Of a DNA stretch of 46,881 nt, positions 32,636 to 38,481 are shown piece after piece (position 1 is the stretch's first letter; each line of letters opens with the position of its first letter). The stretch lies in IMG/VR virus record IMGVR_UViG_3300018065_000012; one strand, given 5' to 3'. The translations under genes were made by a program, and so were the position numbers. The notes beneath the pieces are model-generated. The model saw only the letters and a program-made list of their open reading frames with translations, had not been told where the DNA came from and did no database searches. This stretch comes from a virus (lineage: Duplodnaviria; Heunggongvirae; Uroviricota; Caudoviricetes).

Positions 32636-33571
32636 ATGACAAAGTATTTGGTTACTGGCGCGGCAGGTTTCATTGGTTCGCACCTTGTCGAAAATCTAAT
32701 CAAGCGTGGAGATAAAGTACGGGGTGTTGACAATTTTGCGACAGGTCGTCTTGAAAACATAAAGTCATTTCTCGATGATTTTGAATTTGTTGAAGGCGAT
32801 TTGAGAGAAGACAAAGTAGTTTCAGAAACAGTCAAAGACGTTGACGTAATCTTTCATGAAGCTGCAATTCCTTCTGTTCCCCGTTCTGTAGCCGACCCTT
32901 GGCTAAGTCACGAATCCAACGTTGATGTCACTTTGAAATTGCTAATGGCTTCGCGGGGGACGGTCAAGCGTTTGATTTATGCAGCGTCGTCTTCGGCCTA
33001 TGGTCAAAATCCACGATTGCCAAAAATTGAGAGTTTTCCAATTGCTCCAATTTCTCCGTATGCTGTAACGAAAGTCGTTGGCGAGTTGTATTGCAAAGTG
33101 TTTACTGAGATTTTTGAAGTTGAGACGATTTCTCTCCGGTATTTCAACGTTTTTGGTCCGCGTCAAAATCCAAAGTCACAGTATGCAGCGGTGATTCCAA
33201 AATTTATCGTTTCCATGTTGAGAGGAGAGCAACCACGTATTTATGGAGACGGTTTGCAATCCCGCGATTTTACATATGTCCAAAACGTCGTTGAAGCAAA
33301 TTTGTTAGCAGCGAAAGCAAAGAAGGCTTCAGGTCAGGTGTATAATATAGCCTGTGGACAACAGATTGATTTACTTACGTTGGTAACGAAAATCAATCAA
33401 CTTCTTGAAACAGAGATTGAACCAATTTTAGACCCGGAAAGAGCAGGCGACGTAAAGCATTCTTTGGCCGCTATTGATAATGCAAGGCGTGGATTGAAGT
33501 TTGAGCCGGTTGTGAGTTTTGATGAAGGTTTGGCAAAAACAGTTGATTGGTTTAAGTGTTGTCCTGAATAG
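32636..33571 (+). CDS. NAD-dependent sugar epimerase/dehydratase (UDP-sugar 4-epimerase-like, extended SDR)
   Basis: YLVTGAAGFIGSHL Rossmann motif, YAVTK (YxxxK), DGLQSRDFTYVQNVV. Confidence 0.75.
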   Translation: MTKYLVTGAAGFIGSHLVENLIKRGDKVRGVDNFATGRLENIKSFLDDFEFVEGDLREDKVVSETVKDVDVIFHEAAIPSVPRSVADPWLSHESNVDVTLKLLMASRGTVKRLIYAASSSAYGQNPRLPKIESFPIAPISPYAVTKVVGELYCKVFTEIFEVETISLRYFNVFGPRQNPKSQYAAVIPKFIVSMLRGEQPRIYGDGLQSRDFTYVQNVVEANLLAAKAKKASGQVYNIACGQQIDLLTLVTKINQLLETEIEPILDPERAGDVKHSLAAIDNARRGLKFEPVVSFDEGLAKTVDWFKCCPE

Positions 33572-33607
33572 TGTTATAAATTTTTGTTAAAAGTTTTAAG
33601 ATTTTCC

Positions 33608-33636
33608 TTGAAAACAAACGTCTAAGGTTGTATAAT
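33608..33636 (+). promoter_or_regulatory. sigma70-like promoter TTGAAA-N17-TATAAT (copy 3)
   Basis: TTGAAA 33608-33613, 17-nt spacer ending GGTTG, TATAAT 33631-33636. Confidence 0.6.
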
Positions 33637-33642
33637 GTATCG

Positions 33643-33847
33643 TTGAACAAAGGTCTTTTTGAAACTGGTGTAAAATGAATTTGGTCATAGCAAGCTCAAA
33701 CCATCCATGTCGATTCCCCGGACGCGGCGATGCCGCCCCAGCACGGGGTTGGTATGCGCCGTATTTCGGGCGTTTCGGGAGCTTGCTATGAGATAGGTAA
33801 CACAAAGTACTCAAGCAAGCCCCGAATGAAAATTCGGGGCTTTTTTA
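33643..33847 (+). ncRNA. candidate structured small RNA (about 200 nt) with its own promoter and terminator
   Basis: 13-bp perfect helix TCATAGCAAGCTC/GAGCTTGCTATGA enclosing GC-rich hairpins (CCCCG...CGGGG, GCGGC-GAT-GCCGC). Ends with a perfect terminator GCCCCGAA-TGAAAA-TTCGGGGC + T6 (33818-33847). A 38-aa ORF is possible but lacks an RBS. Confidence 0.45.
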
Positions 33848-33891
33848 TTGTTCTTTGACAACCAAATCGACAGCTTAACGCGGAAAAATTC

Positions 33892-33967
33892 GGGGATGTA
33901 GCTCAGTTGGGAGAGCGCTGCGTTCGCAATGCAGAGGTCAGGGGTTCGAATCCCCTCGTCTCCACCA
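33892..33967 (+). tRNA. tRNA-Ala(CGC) with G3-U70
   Basis: Acceptor GGGGATG/CGTCTCC, D GCTC/GAGC, anticodon stem CTGCG/TGCAG loop UUCGCAA, T-arm AGGGG-TTCGAAT-CCCCT, A73, CCA. Confidence 0.75.
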
Positions 33968-33975
33968 AATATAAT

Positions 33976-34052
<77 letters not shown>

Positions 34053-34054
34053 TT

Positions 34055-34130
34055 GGGGGCATAGCTCAGCTGGGAGAGCACAAGCTTTGCAAGCTTGGGG
34101 TCAGGAGTTCGAGTCTCCTTGCCTCCACCA
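34055..34130 (+). tRNA. tRNA-Ala(UGC) with G3-U70
   Basis: Acceptor GGGGGCA/TGCCTCC, D GCTC/GAGC, anticodon stem CAAGC/GCTTG loop UUUGCAA, T-arm AGGAG-TTCGAGT-CTCCT, A73, CCA. Confidence 0.8.
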
Positions 34131-34137
34131 AATACAA

Positions 34138-34271
34138 AAGGCACGCTTCAGTGAAGAGTTACTTCCCTTCGGCGGACGAAGTTCAGGTTCGATTCCTGAC
34201 CCTCCAACCATGATGGAGGGTAGTGTAATGGTAGCACGCGTAAAATATCTCTTTGCGTCTTTTGGTGCCTT
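34138..34271 (+). ncRNA. Bracketed element C1 with a permuted tRNA-like core (acceptor closed by an ACCATGA loop that encodes the discriminator and CCA)
   Basis: Terminal helix AAGGCAC/GTGCCTT; 5' module GCTTCAGTGAAGAGTTACTTC; T-arm TCAGG-TTCGATT-CCTGA; CCCTCCA-ACCATGA-TGGAGGG; D-arm GTGT-AATGGTA-GCAC; 3' module ...CTCTTTGCGTCTTTTGG. The anticodon region is aberrant. Confidence 0.5.
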
Positions 34272-34280
34272 TTATATTTT

Positions 34281-34388
34281 TCAGCACGCTTCAGTGATGA
34301 CATACTTCTTGGTTCAACTCCAACATCGCCCTCTATATGGGCGATGGTGCCACGTGGGTGGCGGTGTTGTTACGTTTTTTGGTGCTGA
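34281..34388 (+). ncRNA. Bracketed element C2 with a permuted tRNA-like core lacking an anticodon arm
   Basis: Terminal helix TCAGCAC/GTGCTGA; T-arm TTGG-TTCAACT-CCAA; acceptor CATCGCC-loop-GGCGATG; D-arm GCCA-CGTGGG-TGGC; 3' module CGTTTTTTGG. Confidence 0.5.
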
Positions 34389-34404
34389 ACTTTTTGAATA
34401 AATT

Positions 34405-34513
34405 CCGGCACGCTTCAGCGTGGGCTTACTTCTTTCTTAAAAAAAGAACCTGCCTGTTCGATTCAGGTGTTGGGTGGACCCGGTACAATTCGCTCATGCG
34501 TCTTTTGGTGCTG
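34405..34513 (+). ncRNA. Bracketed element C3 (anticodon-like arm and T-arm, degenerate acceptor and D parts)
   Basis: Terminal helix CCGGCAC/GTGCTGG (one G-U); TTCTTT-CUUAAAA-AAAGAA arm; T-arm GCCTG-TTCGATT-CAGGT; 3' module GCGTCTTTTGG. Confidence 0.45.
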
Positions 34514-34518
34514 GATTT

Positions 34519-34593
34519 AGCGGTGTTAGTGTATTGGTTGCACATTTGGTTCCCAGCCAGAAGGAGCCAGTTCGAGTCTGGTACACCGCTCCA
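34519..34593 (+). tRNA. tRNA-Gly(CCC)
   Basis: Acceptor GCGGTGT/ACACCGC, D GTGT/GCAC, anticodon stem TTTGG/CCAGA loop UUCCCAG, T-arm GCCAG-TTCGAGT-CTGGT, U73, CCA. Confidence 0.75.
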
Positions 34594-34596
34594 TTT

Positions 34597-34673
34597 GTCA
34601 AGGTAGCTCAGCACGGTAGAGCACTGGCCTGAAGAGCCGGGTGTCGTCGGTTCAAATCCGACCCTTGACGCCA
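34597..34673 (+). tRNA. tRNA-Phe(GAA)
   Basis: Acceptor GTCAAGG/CCTTGAC, D GCTC/GAGC, anticodon stem CTGGC/GCCGG loop CUGAAGA, T-arm GTCGG-TTCAAAT-CCGAC, G73, CCA. Confidence 0.8.
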
Positions 34674-34676
34674 CAC

Positions 34677-34752
34677 GCAGGCGCATGTTCCAAGGCTGGC
34701 GACGGGGATTCCAAATCCTTGTGGGTAGGTTCGATTCCTACCGTCTGCGCCA
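34677..34752 (+). tRNA. tRNA-Trp(CCA), copy 1
   Basis: Acceptor GCAGGCG/CGTCTGC, irregular D-arm, anticodon stem GGGGA/TCCTT loop UUCCAAA, T-arm GTAGG-TTCGATT-CCTAC, G73, CCA. Confidence 0.7.
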
Positions 34753-34755
34753 TAC

Positions 34756-34830
34756 AGGGCCATAGTTTAATTGGTAAAACGGGGGATTCCAAATCCTTTG
34801 ATGCGGGTTCGATTCCTGCTGGCCCTGCCA
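34756..34830 (+). tRNA. tRNA-Trp(CCA), copy 2 (identical anticodon arm, different body, A1-U72)
   Basis: Acceptor AGGGCCA/TGGCCCT, D GTTT/AAAC, anticodon stem GGGGA/TCCTT loop UUCCAAA, T-arm GCGGG-TTCGATT-CCTGC, G73, CCA. Confidence 0.7.
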
Positions 34831-34836
34831 ATCTGT

Positions 34837-34928
34837 GGAGAGTGTTCCCCACGGCAGACTGTAAATCTGTTGCCCATCAGAATAAGTGGGGTGGCGGCGA
34901 ATGGGTTCAATTCCCTCACTCTCCACCA
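34837..34928 (+). tRNA. atypical tRNA-Tyr(GUA)-like, 92 nt: 8-bp acceptor, no canonical D-arm, enlarged variable region (possible pseudo-tRNA)
   Basis: Acceptor GGAGAGTG/CACTCTCC; anticodon arm GCAGA-CUGUAAA-TCTGT; only TT-CCCC-ACG between the acceptor and anticodon stems; GTGGGG in the variable region could pair with CCCC; weak T-stem GGG/CCC; A73, CCA. Confidence 0.4.
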
Positions 34929-34932
34929 TTAA

Positions 34933-35018
34933 GGAGCGGTAGTCTAATTGGTAAGGCAGTGGGCTGTAAACCCACCGGCATTGCGCCATTGGAGGTTCGA
35001 GTCCTCCCCGCTCCACCA
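34933..35018 (+). tRNA. tRNA-Tyr(GUA), class II
   Basis: Acceptor GGAGCGG/CCGCTCC, D GTCT/AGGC, anticodon stem GTGGG/CCCAC loop CUGUAAA, variable arm CGGCATTGCGCCAT, T-arm GGAGG-TTCGAGT-CCTCC, A73, CCA. Confidence 0.8.
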
Positions 35019-35039
35019 TTTTTCTTTTTCAGCAAAAAT

Positions 35040-35061
35040 CTTTTATATTCGGTTGTATAAT
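35040..35061 (+). promoter_or_regulatory. weaker promoter-like site sharing the GGTTGTATAAT -10 element (no good -35)
   Basis: TATAAT 35056-35061 preceded by GGTTG as in the other promoters; the -35 region is CAAAAA. Confidence 0.3.
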
Positions 35062-35083
35062 ATAAGGGTAATTCTCACAGGGG

Positions 35084-35338
35084 ATGAATATGGAAACTCG
35101 GCCAGAAACGGGCAAAATGAAGTTTGGCGACGACTGGTCTGGAATATTCATCCGAGGCGACAATGCTTTCAATTATCATATGCAACTCAAAGAAGTTTTG
35201 AAAGACAATGGCGGTGAATTCGGCATTATTGCGAAACATACAATCCGAGATTTGATTGATCTTTTGGAATCTTGCGAAGAGCATAATGATATCAAACCGC
35301 AAAAATTGAAATCATTCGAGGAATGCCGTTATGAATGA
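35084..35338 (+). CDS. hypothetical protein (84 aa)
   Basis: ORF-track frame; overlaps the dCMP deaminase start by 8 nt. Confidence 0.45.
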   Translation: MNMETRPETGKMKFGDDWSGIFIRGDNAFNYHMQLKEVLKDNGGEFGIIAKHTIRDLIDLLESCEEHNDIKPQKLKSFEECRYE

Positions 35339-35786
35339 TAGACCATCCATTGACCAGACGATGATGGATATTGCAAAAACTTGGTCCTTTCGATCAAGAT
35401 GTTTACGGCGACAAGTGGGTTCAGTAATCGTAAAAGACAAACATGTTTTGACTTCTGGTTATAATGGCCCGCCAAAAGGGTTGCCTCATTGCGATGAATG
35501 TGGTGGTTGTTTGCGGCAAGAAATGGATTTGCCGTCAGGCGAACGTCAAGAACTTTGCAGAGGTTCTCACGCAGAATTGAATGCAATTATTCAAGCGGCA
35601 ATATTTGGGATAAGCGTAAAAGGCGCAACGCTGTATTGCACAAACTTTCCTTGTAACTTTTGTGCCAAAGCAATTGTTCAAGCTGAGATTAAAAAAGTCA
35701 TTTACGAAGATGACTATACGGAAGACGATAACATGGCAAAACAAATGCTTGAACATGTTGGAATTAAAATGGAGAAATTTGAATGA
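35331..35786 (+). CDS. cd: dCMP deaminase (cytidine/deoxycytidylate deaminase family)
   Basis: Zinc-binding HAELNAI and PCNFCAKAI (H[AC]E...PCxxC) motifs; size and context as in T4-type dCMP deaminases. Confidence 0.8.
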   Translation: MNDRPSIDQTMMDIAKTWSFRSRCLRRQVGSVIVKDKHVLTSGYNGPPKGLPHCDECGGCLRQEMDLPSGERQELCRGSHAELNAIIQAAIFGISVKGATLYCTNFPCNFCAKAIVQAEIKKVIYEDDYTEDDNMAKQMLEHVGIKMEKFE

Positions 35787-35962
35787 GCTGGAAAGATTTT
35801 CTTTACGGCGCGGCATCTGTTCTCGACTTGTCTGGTTCAATGGGCAATGCGCAAGTGAATGAAATTTTGCGCAAGTCTGACGCGGAAGCATTGAGGTCAG
35901 ATTGGGAAGCAGTTGGACAAGACATGTGGAAGGCGATTGAACAATCTGAAGATGTCGGGTGA
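35783..35962 (+). CDS. small acidic hypothetical protein (59 aa), translationally coupled to cd
   Basis: ATGA overlap with the cd stop; MSWKDFLYGAASVLDLSGSMGNAQVNEILRKSDAEALRSDWEAVGQDMWKAIEQSEDVG*. The stop lies inside the next tRNA. Confidence 0.45.
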   Translation: MSWKDFLYGAASVLDLSGSMGNAQVNEILRKSDAEALRSDWEAVGQDMWKAIEQSEDVG

Positions 35963-36038
35963 GCGCAGCTGGTGCTGTGAGTGGCCTGCAAAGCCATTTG
36001 GCCTTTGGGTCCAACTGGTTCGATTCCAGCATCCGACT
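35954..36038 (+). tRNA. tRNA-Sec-like (8/4 'allo-tRNA' architecture) tRNA with GCA (Cys) anticodon
   Basis: 8-bp acceptor GTCGGGTG/CATCCGAC; 6-bp D-stem CGCAGC/GCTGTG with 4-nt loop TGGT; 6-bp anticodon stem AGTGGC/GCCATT with loop CUGCAAA; long variable arm TGGCCTTTGGGTCCAA; 4-bp T-stem CTGG/CCAG with loop TTCGATT; U73; no encoded CCA. Confidence 0.5.
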
Positions 36039-36056
36039 CTAATTTGGAGAACATGA

Positions 36057-36311
36057 ATGCCAAAAAGAAGTTTCCCGCTCAAGATCAGTTTTGATCATGA
36101 AATTGATCGAGATACGATGTTTTTTCTTGCTGTAAAGTTTGCGAGAGAATATCCAAAAGCAGCGACACAAATAATTGGAGCATTGGAAGGGGAACGGAAA
36201 TATTGCAAGATCAATTGTCCGTTCCCTTTTGTATGTAGTGAGTTTCCTTGCAAAACGCTTTGTTGTAACGCAGACTGCTGCGACAACGGCCACGCTTATA
36301 GGATGAGCTGA
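36057..36311 (+). CDS. hypothetical Cys-rich protein (84 aa)
   Basis: GGAG SD. The C-terminus has CKINCPFPFVCSEFPCKTLCCNADCCDNGH. Confidence 0.45.
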   Translation: MPKRSFPLKISFDHEIDRDTMFFLAVKFAREYPKAATQIIGALEGERKYCKINCPFPFVCSEFPCKTLCCNADCCDNGHAYRMS

Positions 36312-36685
36312 TGCAATACGAACTTGAAAATGGTTACAAGGTTTGGGTGAACGCGAAGACTTACCGCTCGAAATTGAACAAGCAAGTTTGCATCAAATGT
36401 TTGAAACAGTATTGGCCAGATGCAGATTCCGTTTGGGATGTTCAAGCAGAACTGAAATGGGAAGAAGGCAGGTTGTATATTTGTCCTTGTTCTTCTGTTA
36501 ACGGGCGCGATGAAAACCGCAGAGCAGGCCGATACAACGAAGGCCGGTTGATCGAACACGACCCACCGGAAGCTTGCCCATTCAAAACAGAGCATCTTGT
36601 CAGTTGTAATAAACAAGGTTTCATCTATTATAAAAGCCGCATTGAGGAGTATTGCGAAAAGAATTTCAAAAAGGTGAAAAGGTGA
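36311..36685 (+). CDS. hypothetical protein (124 aa, Cys-containing)
   Basis: TGATG overlap with the upstream gene. Confidence 0.5.
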   Translation: MQYELENGYKVWVNAKTYRSKLNKQVCIKCLKQYWPDADSVWDVQAELKWEEGRLYICPCSSVNGRDENRRAGRYNEGRLIEHDPPEACPFKTEHLVSCNKQGFIYYKSRIEEYCEKNFKKVKR

Positions 36686-36873
36686 AGCTGATTGTAAAAT
36701 TTGTCGTCTTGATTGCTGGAAGTTATCTTTGCTATTTGTCTTGGGCTGAGCCAAAAACAATTATTTGGCTGTATGGAAATTATATCATGCCGGTTTTCTT
36801 TGCATGTATTCCGTTTTATGCAGCATGGTGGTGCTATCAAGACTTAAAGAGCGCCCGTAGCTCAGATGGATAG
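36682..36873 (+). CDS. small membrane protein (about 63 aa, two hydrophobic helices)
   Basis: GTG start overlapping the upstream TGA (GTGA). VKLIVKFVVLIAGSYLCYLSW...IMPVFFACIPFYAAWWCY. The 3' end overlaps tRNA-Arg(CCG). The ORF-track frame starts at 36652. Confidence 0.4.
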   Translation: MKLIVKFVVLIAGSYLCYLSWAEPKTIIWLYGNYIMPVFFACIPFYAAWWCYQDLKSARSSDG

Positions 36874-36927
36874 AGCGTCTGCCTCCGGAGCAGAAGGTCA
36901 CAGGTTCGAGTCCTGTCGGGCGTGCCA
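36851..36927 (+). tRNA. tRNA-Arg(CCG)
   Basis: Acceptor GCGCCCG/CGGGCGT, D GCTC/GAGC, anticodon stem TCTGC/GCAGA loop CUCCGGA, T-arm ACAGG-TTCGAGT-CCTGT, G73, CCA. Confidence 0.8.
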
Positions 36928-36946
36928 AACATACGAGGATGAAAGA

Positions 36947-37204
36947 ATGATAATCATGGAGCATGGAAACGTCGATAAACAAGTACCCAATCAAGGCGCG
37001 TGGGATATTCATGTTGCGGGGCAAGAAAAATATCCACTGGTGGTGATCCTTTGTCCCAAATGTCAAAAAGTATCTTGTCTCCGTAATCATACGATTCATC
37101 GCGACGGGACAGTTTCACCAAGCTTGGTCTGTCCAAGAGATGAATGTAATTTTCATGAAATGATCAAGTTGAAAGACTGGAAAGGGTTGCCTCAAAAATT
37201 GTAG
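36947..37204 (+). CDS. small zinc-ribbon-like protein (85 aa)
   Basis: ATG 36947 after GAGGATGAAAGA (the ORF-track frame from 36866 opens inside the tRNA). CPKCQ...CPRDEC. Confidence 0.45.
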   Translation: MIIMEHGNVDKQVPNQGAWDIHVAGQEKYPLVVILCPKCQKVSCLRNHTIHRDGTVSPSLVCPRDECNFHEMIKLKDWKGLPQKL

Positions 37205-37207
37205 TTT

Positions 37208-37283
37208 GGGCCGGTAACTCAATTGGTAGAGAACCGTTCTTATACAGCGGTAGTCGTTGGTTCGAATCCAACCCGGCCTACCA
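37208..37283 (+). tRNA. tRNA-Ile(UAU)
   Basis: Acceptor GGGCCGG/CCGGCCT, D ACTC/GAGA (3 bp), anticodon stem CCGTT/AGCGG loop CUUAUAC, T-arm GTTGG-TTCGAAT-CCAAC, A73, CCA. Anchored to ORF-track TTG 37223. Confidence 0.75.
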
Positions 37284-37304
37284 AATTCAAGATGGAGTGG
37301 AATT

Positions 37305-37559
37305 ATGAAAGAGGGACGCATAAGCAAAGGTGGCGTGGGAAATCCTCCAACAAGACCAAGACCCAAGCCACCAAAGGGACAAGGAGGCTCTCAAAAGTTG
37401 AAAGAAGTTTTGGAAGCCCTTGAATTCTATGCTGATGAAAGCAATTGGAAAAACGGGACGTCAGTTCATTACGAATGGGCGACGTTTGCTGAGTTGGATG
37501 AAGGCAAACGGGCAAGAAAAGCACTTGAAAAATATCGGGGTGTAGGAAAGTCTGGTTAA
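37305..37559 (+). CDS. hypothetical protein (84 aa)
   Basis: ATG 37305 after GGAGTGG (the ORF-track frame starts at 37257 inside the tRNA). The last 24 nt overlap tRNA-Pro(CGG). Confidence 0.4.
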   Translation: MKEGRISKGGVGNPPTRPRPKPPKGQGGSQKLKEVLEALEFYADESNWKNGTSVHYEWATFAELDEGKRARKALEKYRGVGKSG

Positions 37560-37613
37560 TCCGCTACGTTCGGGACGTAGAGATCGCCGGTTCAAATCCG
37601 GCCACCCCGACCA
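37536..37613 (+). tRNA. tRNA-Pro(CGG)
   Basis: Acceptor CGGGGTG/CACCCCG, D GGAA/ATCC (3 bp), anticodon stem CTACG/CGTAG loop UUCGGGA, T-arm GCCGG-TTCAAAT-CCGGC, A73, CCA. Confidence 0.8.
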
Positions 37614-37629
37614 CTTTAGGAAAAGGCTG

Positions 37630-37764
37630 ATGAACGATCCAAAAGCTTATCAATACACAGGCTCATTGAGTGACAAGTTCTTTATTGTGTTGATCATTTT
37701 AGCAATGATTTCTGTTCCTATTTTTATTATAATTGCGTTTTTGTATTGGGTTCCAAGGAGCTAA
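37630..37764 (+). CDS. small single-TM membrane protein (44 aa)
   Basis: AGGAAAAGG SD then ATG 37630. MNDPKAYQYTGSLSDKFFIVLIILAMISVPIFIIIAFLYWVPRS*. The stop lies 1 nt before the next ATG. Confidence 0.4.
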   Translation: MNDPKAYQYTGSLSDKFFIVLIILAMISVPIFIIIAFLYWVPRS

Positions 37765-37765
37765 A

Positions 37766-38008
37766 ATGCTTTACACGGTTGGCGAGACAGAAAAATACGA
37801 GCAATATATAAAAGAGCAAGGCACGATTTCAAAGGCAGTTGGTGGCTCAGTTTGGAGTTCAAAAGAAGCCGCGCAAAAGTATTTGAAAGAAAGAGGGTTG
37901 CTTGGAAAATTTACTGTTTACGGCATTGACGCCGGTTGGAATGATACTGAATATACAGGTAATCCTTGGCGTGATTTGAAAATTGTTGCAAAAATAATTG
38001 AACTTTGA
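37766..38008 (+). CDS. hypothetical protein (80 aa)
   Basis: ATG 37766 after AAGGAG (the ORF-track frame starts at 37733). Confidence 0.5.
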   Translation: MLYTVGETEKYEQYIKEQGTISKAVGGSVWSSKEAAQKYLKERGLLGKFTVYGIDAGWNDTEYTGNPWRDLKIVAKIIEL

Positions 38009-38082
38009 GCGGGTGTAGCTTAATGGTAAAGCTCCAGCCTTCCAAGCTGATCACGTGGGTTCGATTCCCATCGCCCGCTCCA
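38009..38082 (+). tRNA. tRNA-Gly(UCC)
   Basis: Acceptor GCGGGTG/CGCCCGC, D GCTT/AAGC, anticodon stem CCAGC/GCTGA (C27/A43 mismatch) loop CUUCCAA, T-arm GTGGG-TTCGATT-CCCAT, U73, CCA. Confidence 0.7.
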
Positions 38083-38087
38083 TTTAA

Positions 38088-38161
38088 GCGGCTGTAGCTC
38101 AGTGGTAGAGCGCAAGGTTGCCAATCTTGCTACGAGGGTTCGATTCCCTTCAGCCGCTCCA
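38088..38161 (+). tRNA. tRNA-Gly(GCC)
   Basis: Acceptor GCGGCTG/CAGCCGC, D GCTC/GAGC, anticodon stem CAAGG/TCTTG loop UUGCCAA, T-arm GAGGG-TTCGATT-CCCTT, U73, CCA. Confidence 0.8.
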
Positions 38162-38223
38162 AAATTAAAGATGAAACGGAGATATATGATGAGCCAATCA
38201 CCTTTTGTTCGGGGGATTACATC

Positions 38224-38481
38224 ATGGACGCTCCAAAATGCGAACATCTGTTACCATTTTTGCAAGCTCAAACGCGGCTGATAACAAAACATTTGGGCGA
38301 GCATAAATGGTTCCAAAAAATTGAAAGTGAAAATGAAGCAGTTGGAGATTTCATTGAAAAGTTTGGGTGGGTAATGCGAGAATTCTTTTGTGGTTATTGT
38401 TGTGAACATCGTTATGAATGCGACATTGCCATAGAATACGATTTCTTGCCGCCAGAGAGGAAAAAGCAAAATGACCCTTGA
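38224..38481 (+). CDS. hypothetical protein (85 aa, Cys/His-containing)
   Basis: ORF-track frame; a GGGGGA lies upstream. Confidence 0.4.
   Translation: MDAPKCEHLLPFLQAQTRLITKHLGEHKWFQKIESENEAVGDFIEKFGWVMREFFCGYCCEHRYECDIAIEYDFLPPERKKQNDP

Noticed and set aside
33571-33607. T4-type late promoter TATAAATA near 33575 (gtgtTATAAATTtttg)
   Set aside because: It is a single 7/8 match lying between an early-type promoter and the end of a gene. No other late-promoter-like motif recurs before the structural genes, so it is not supportable.
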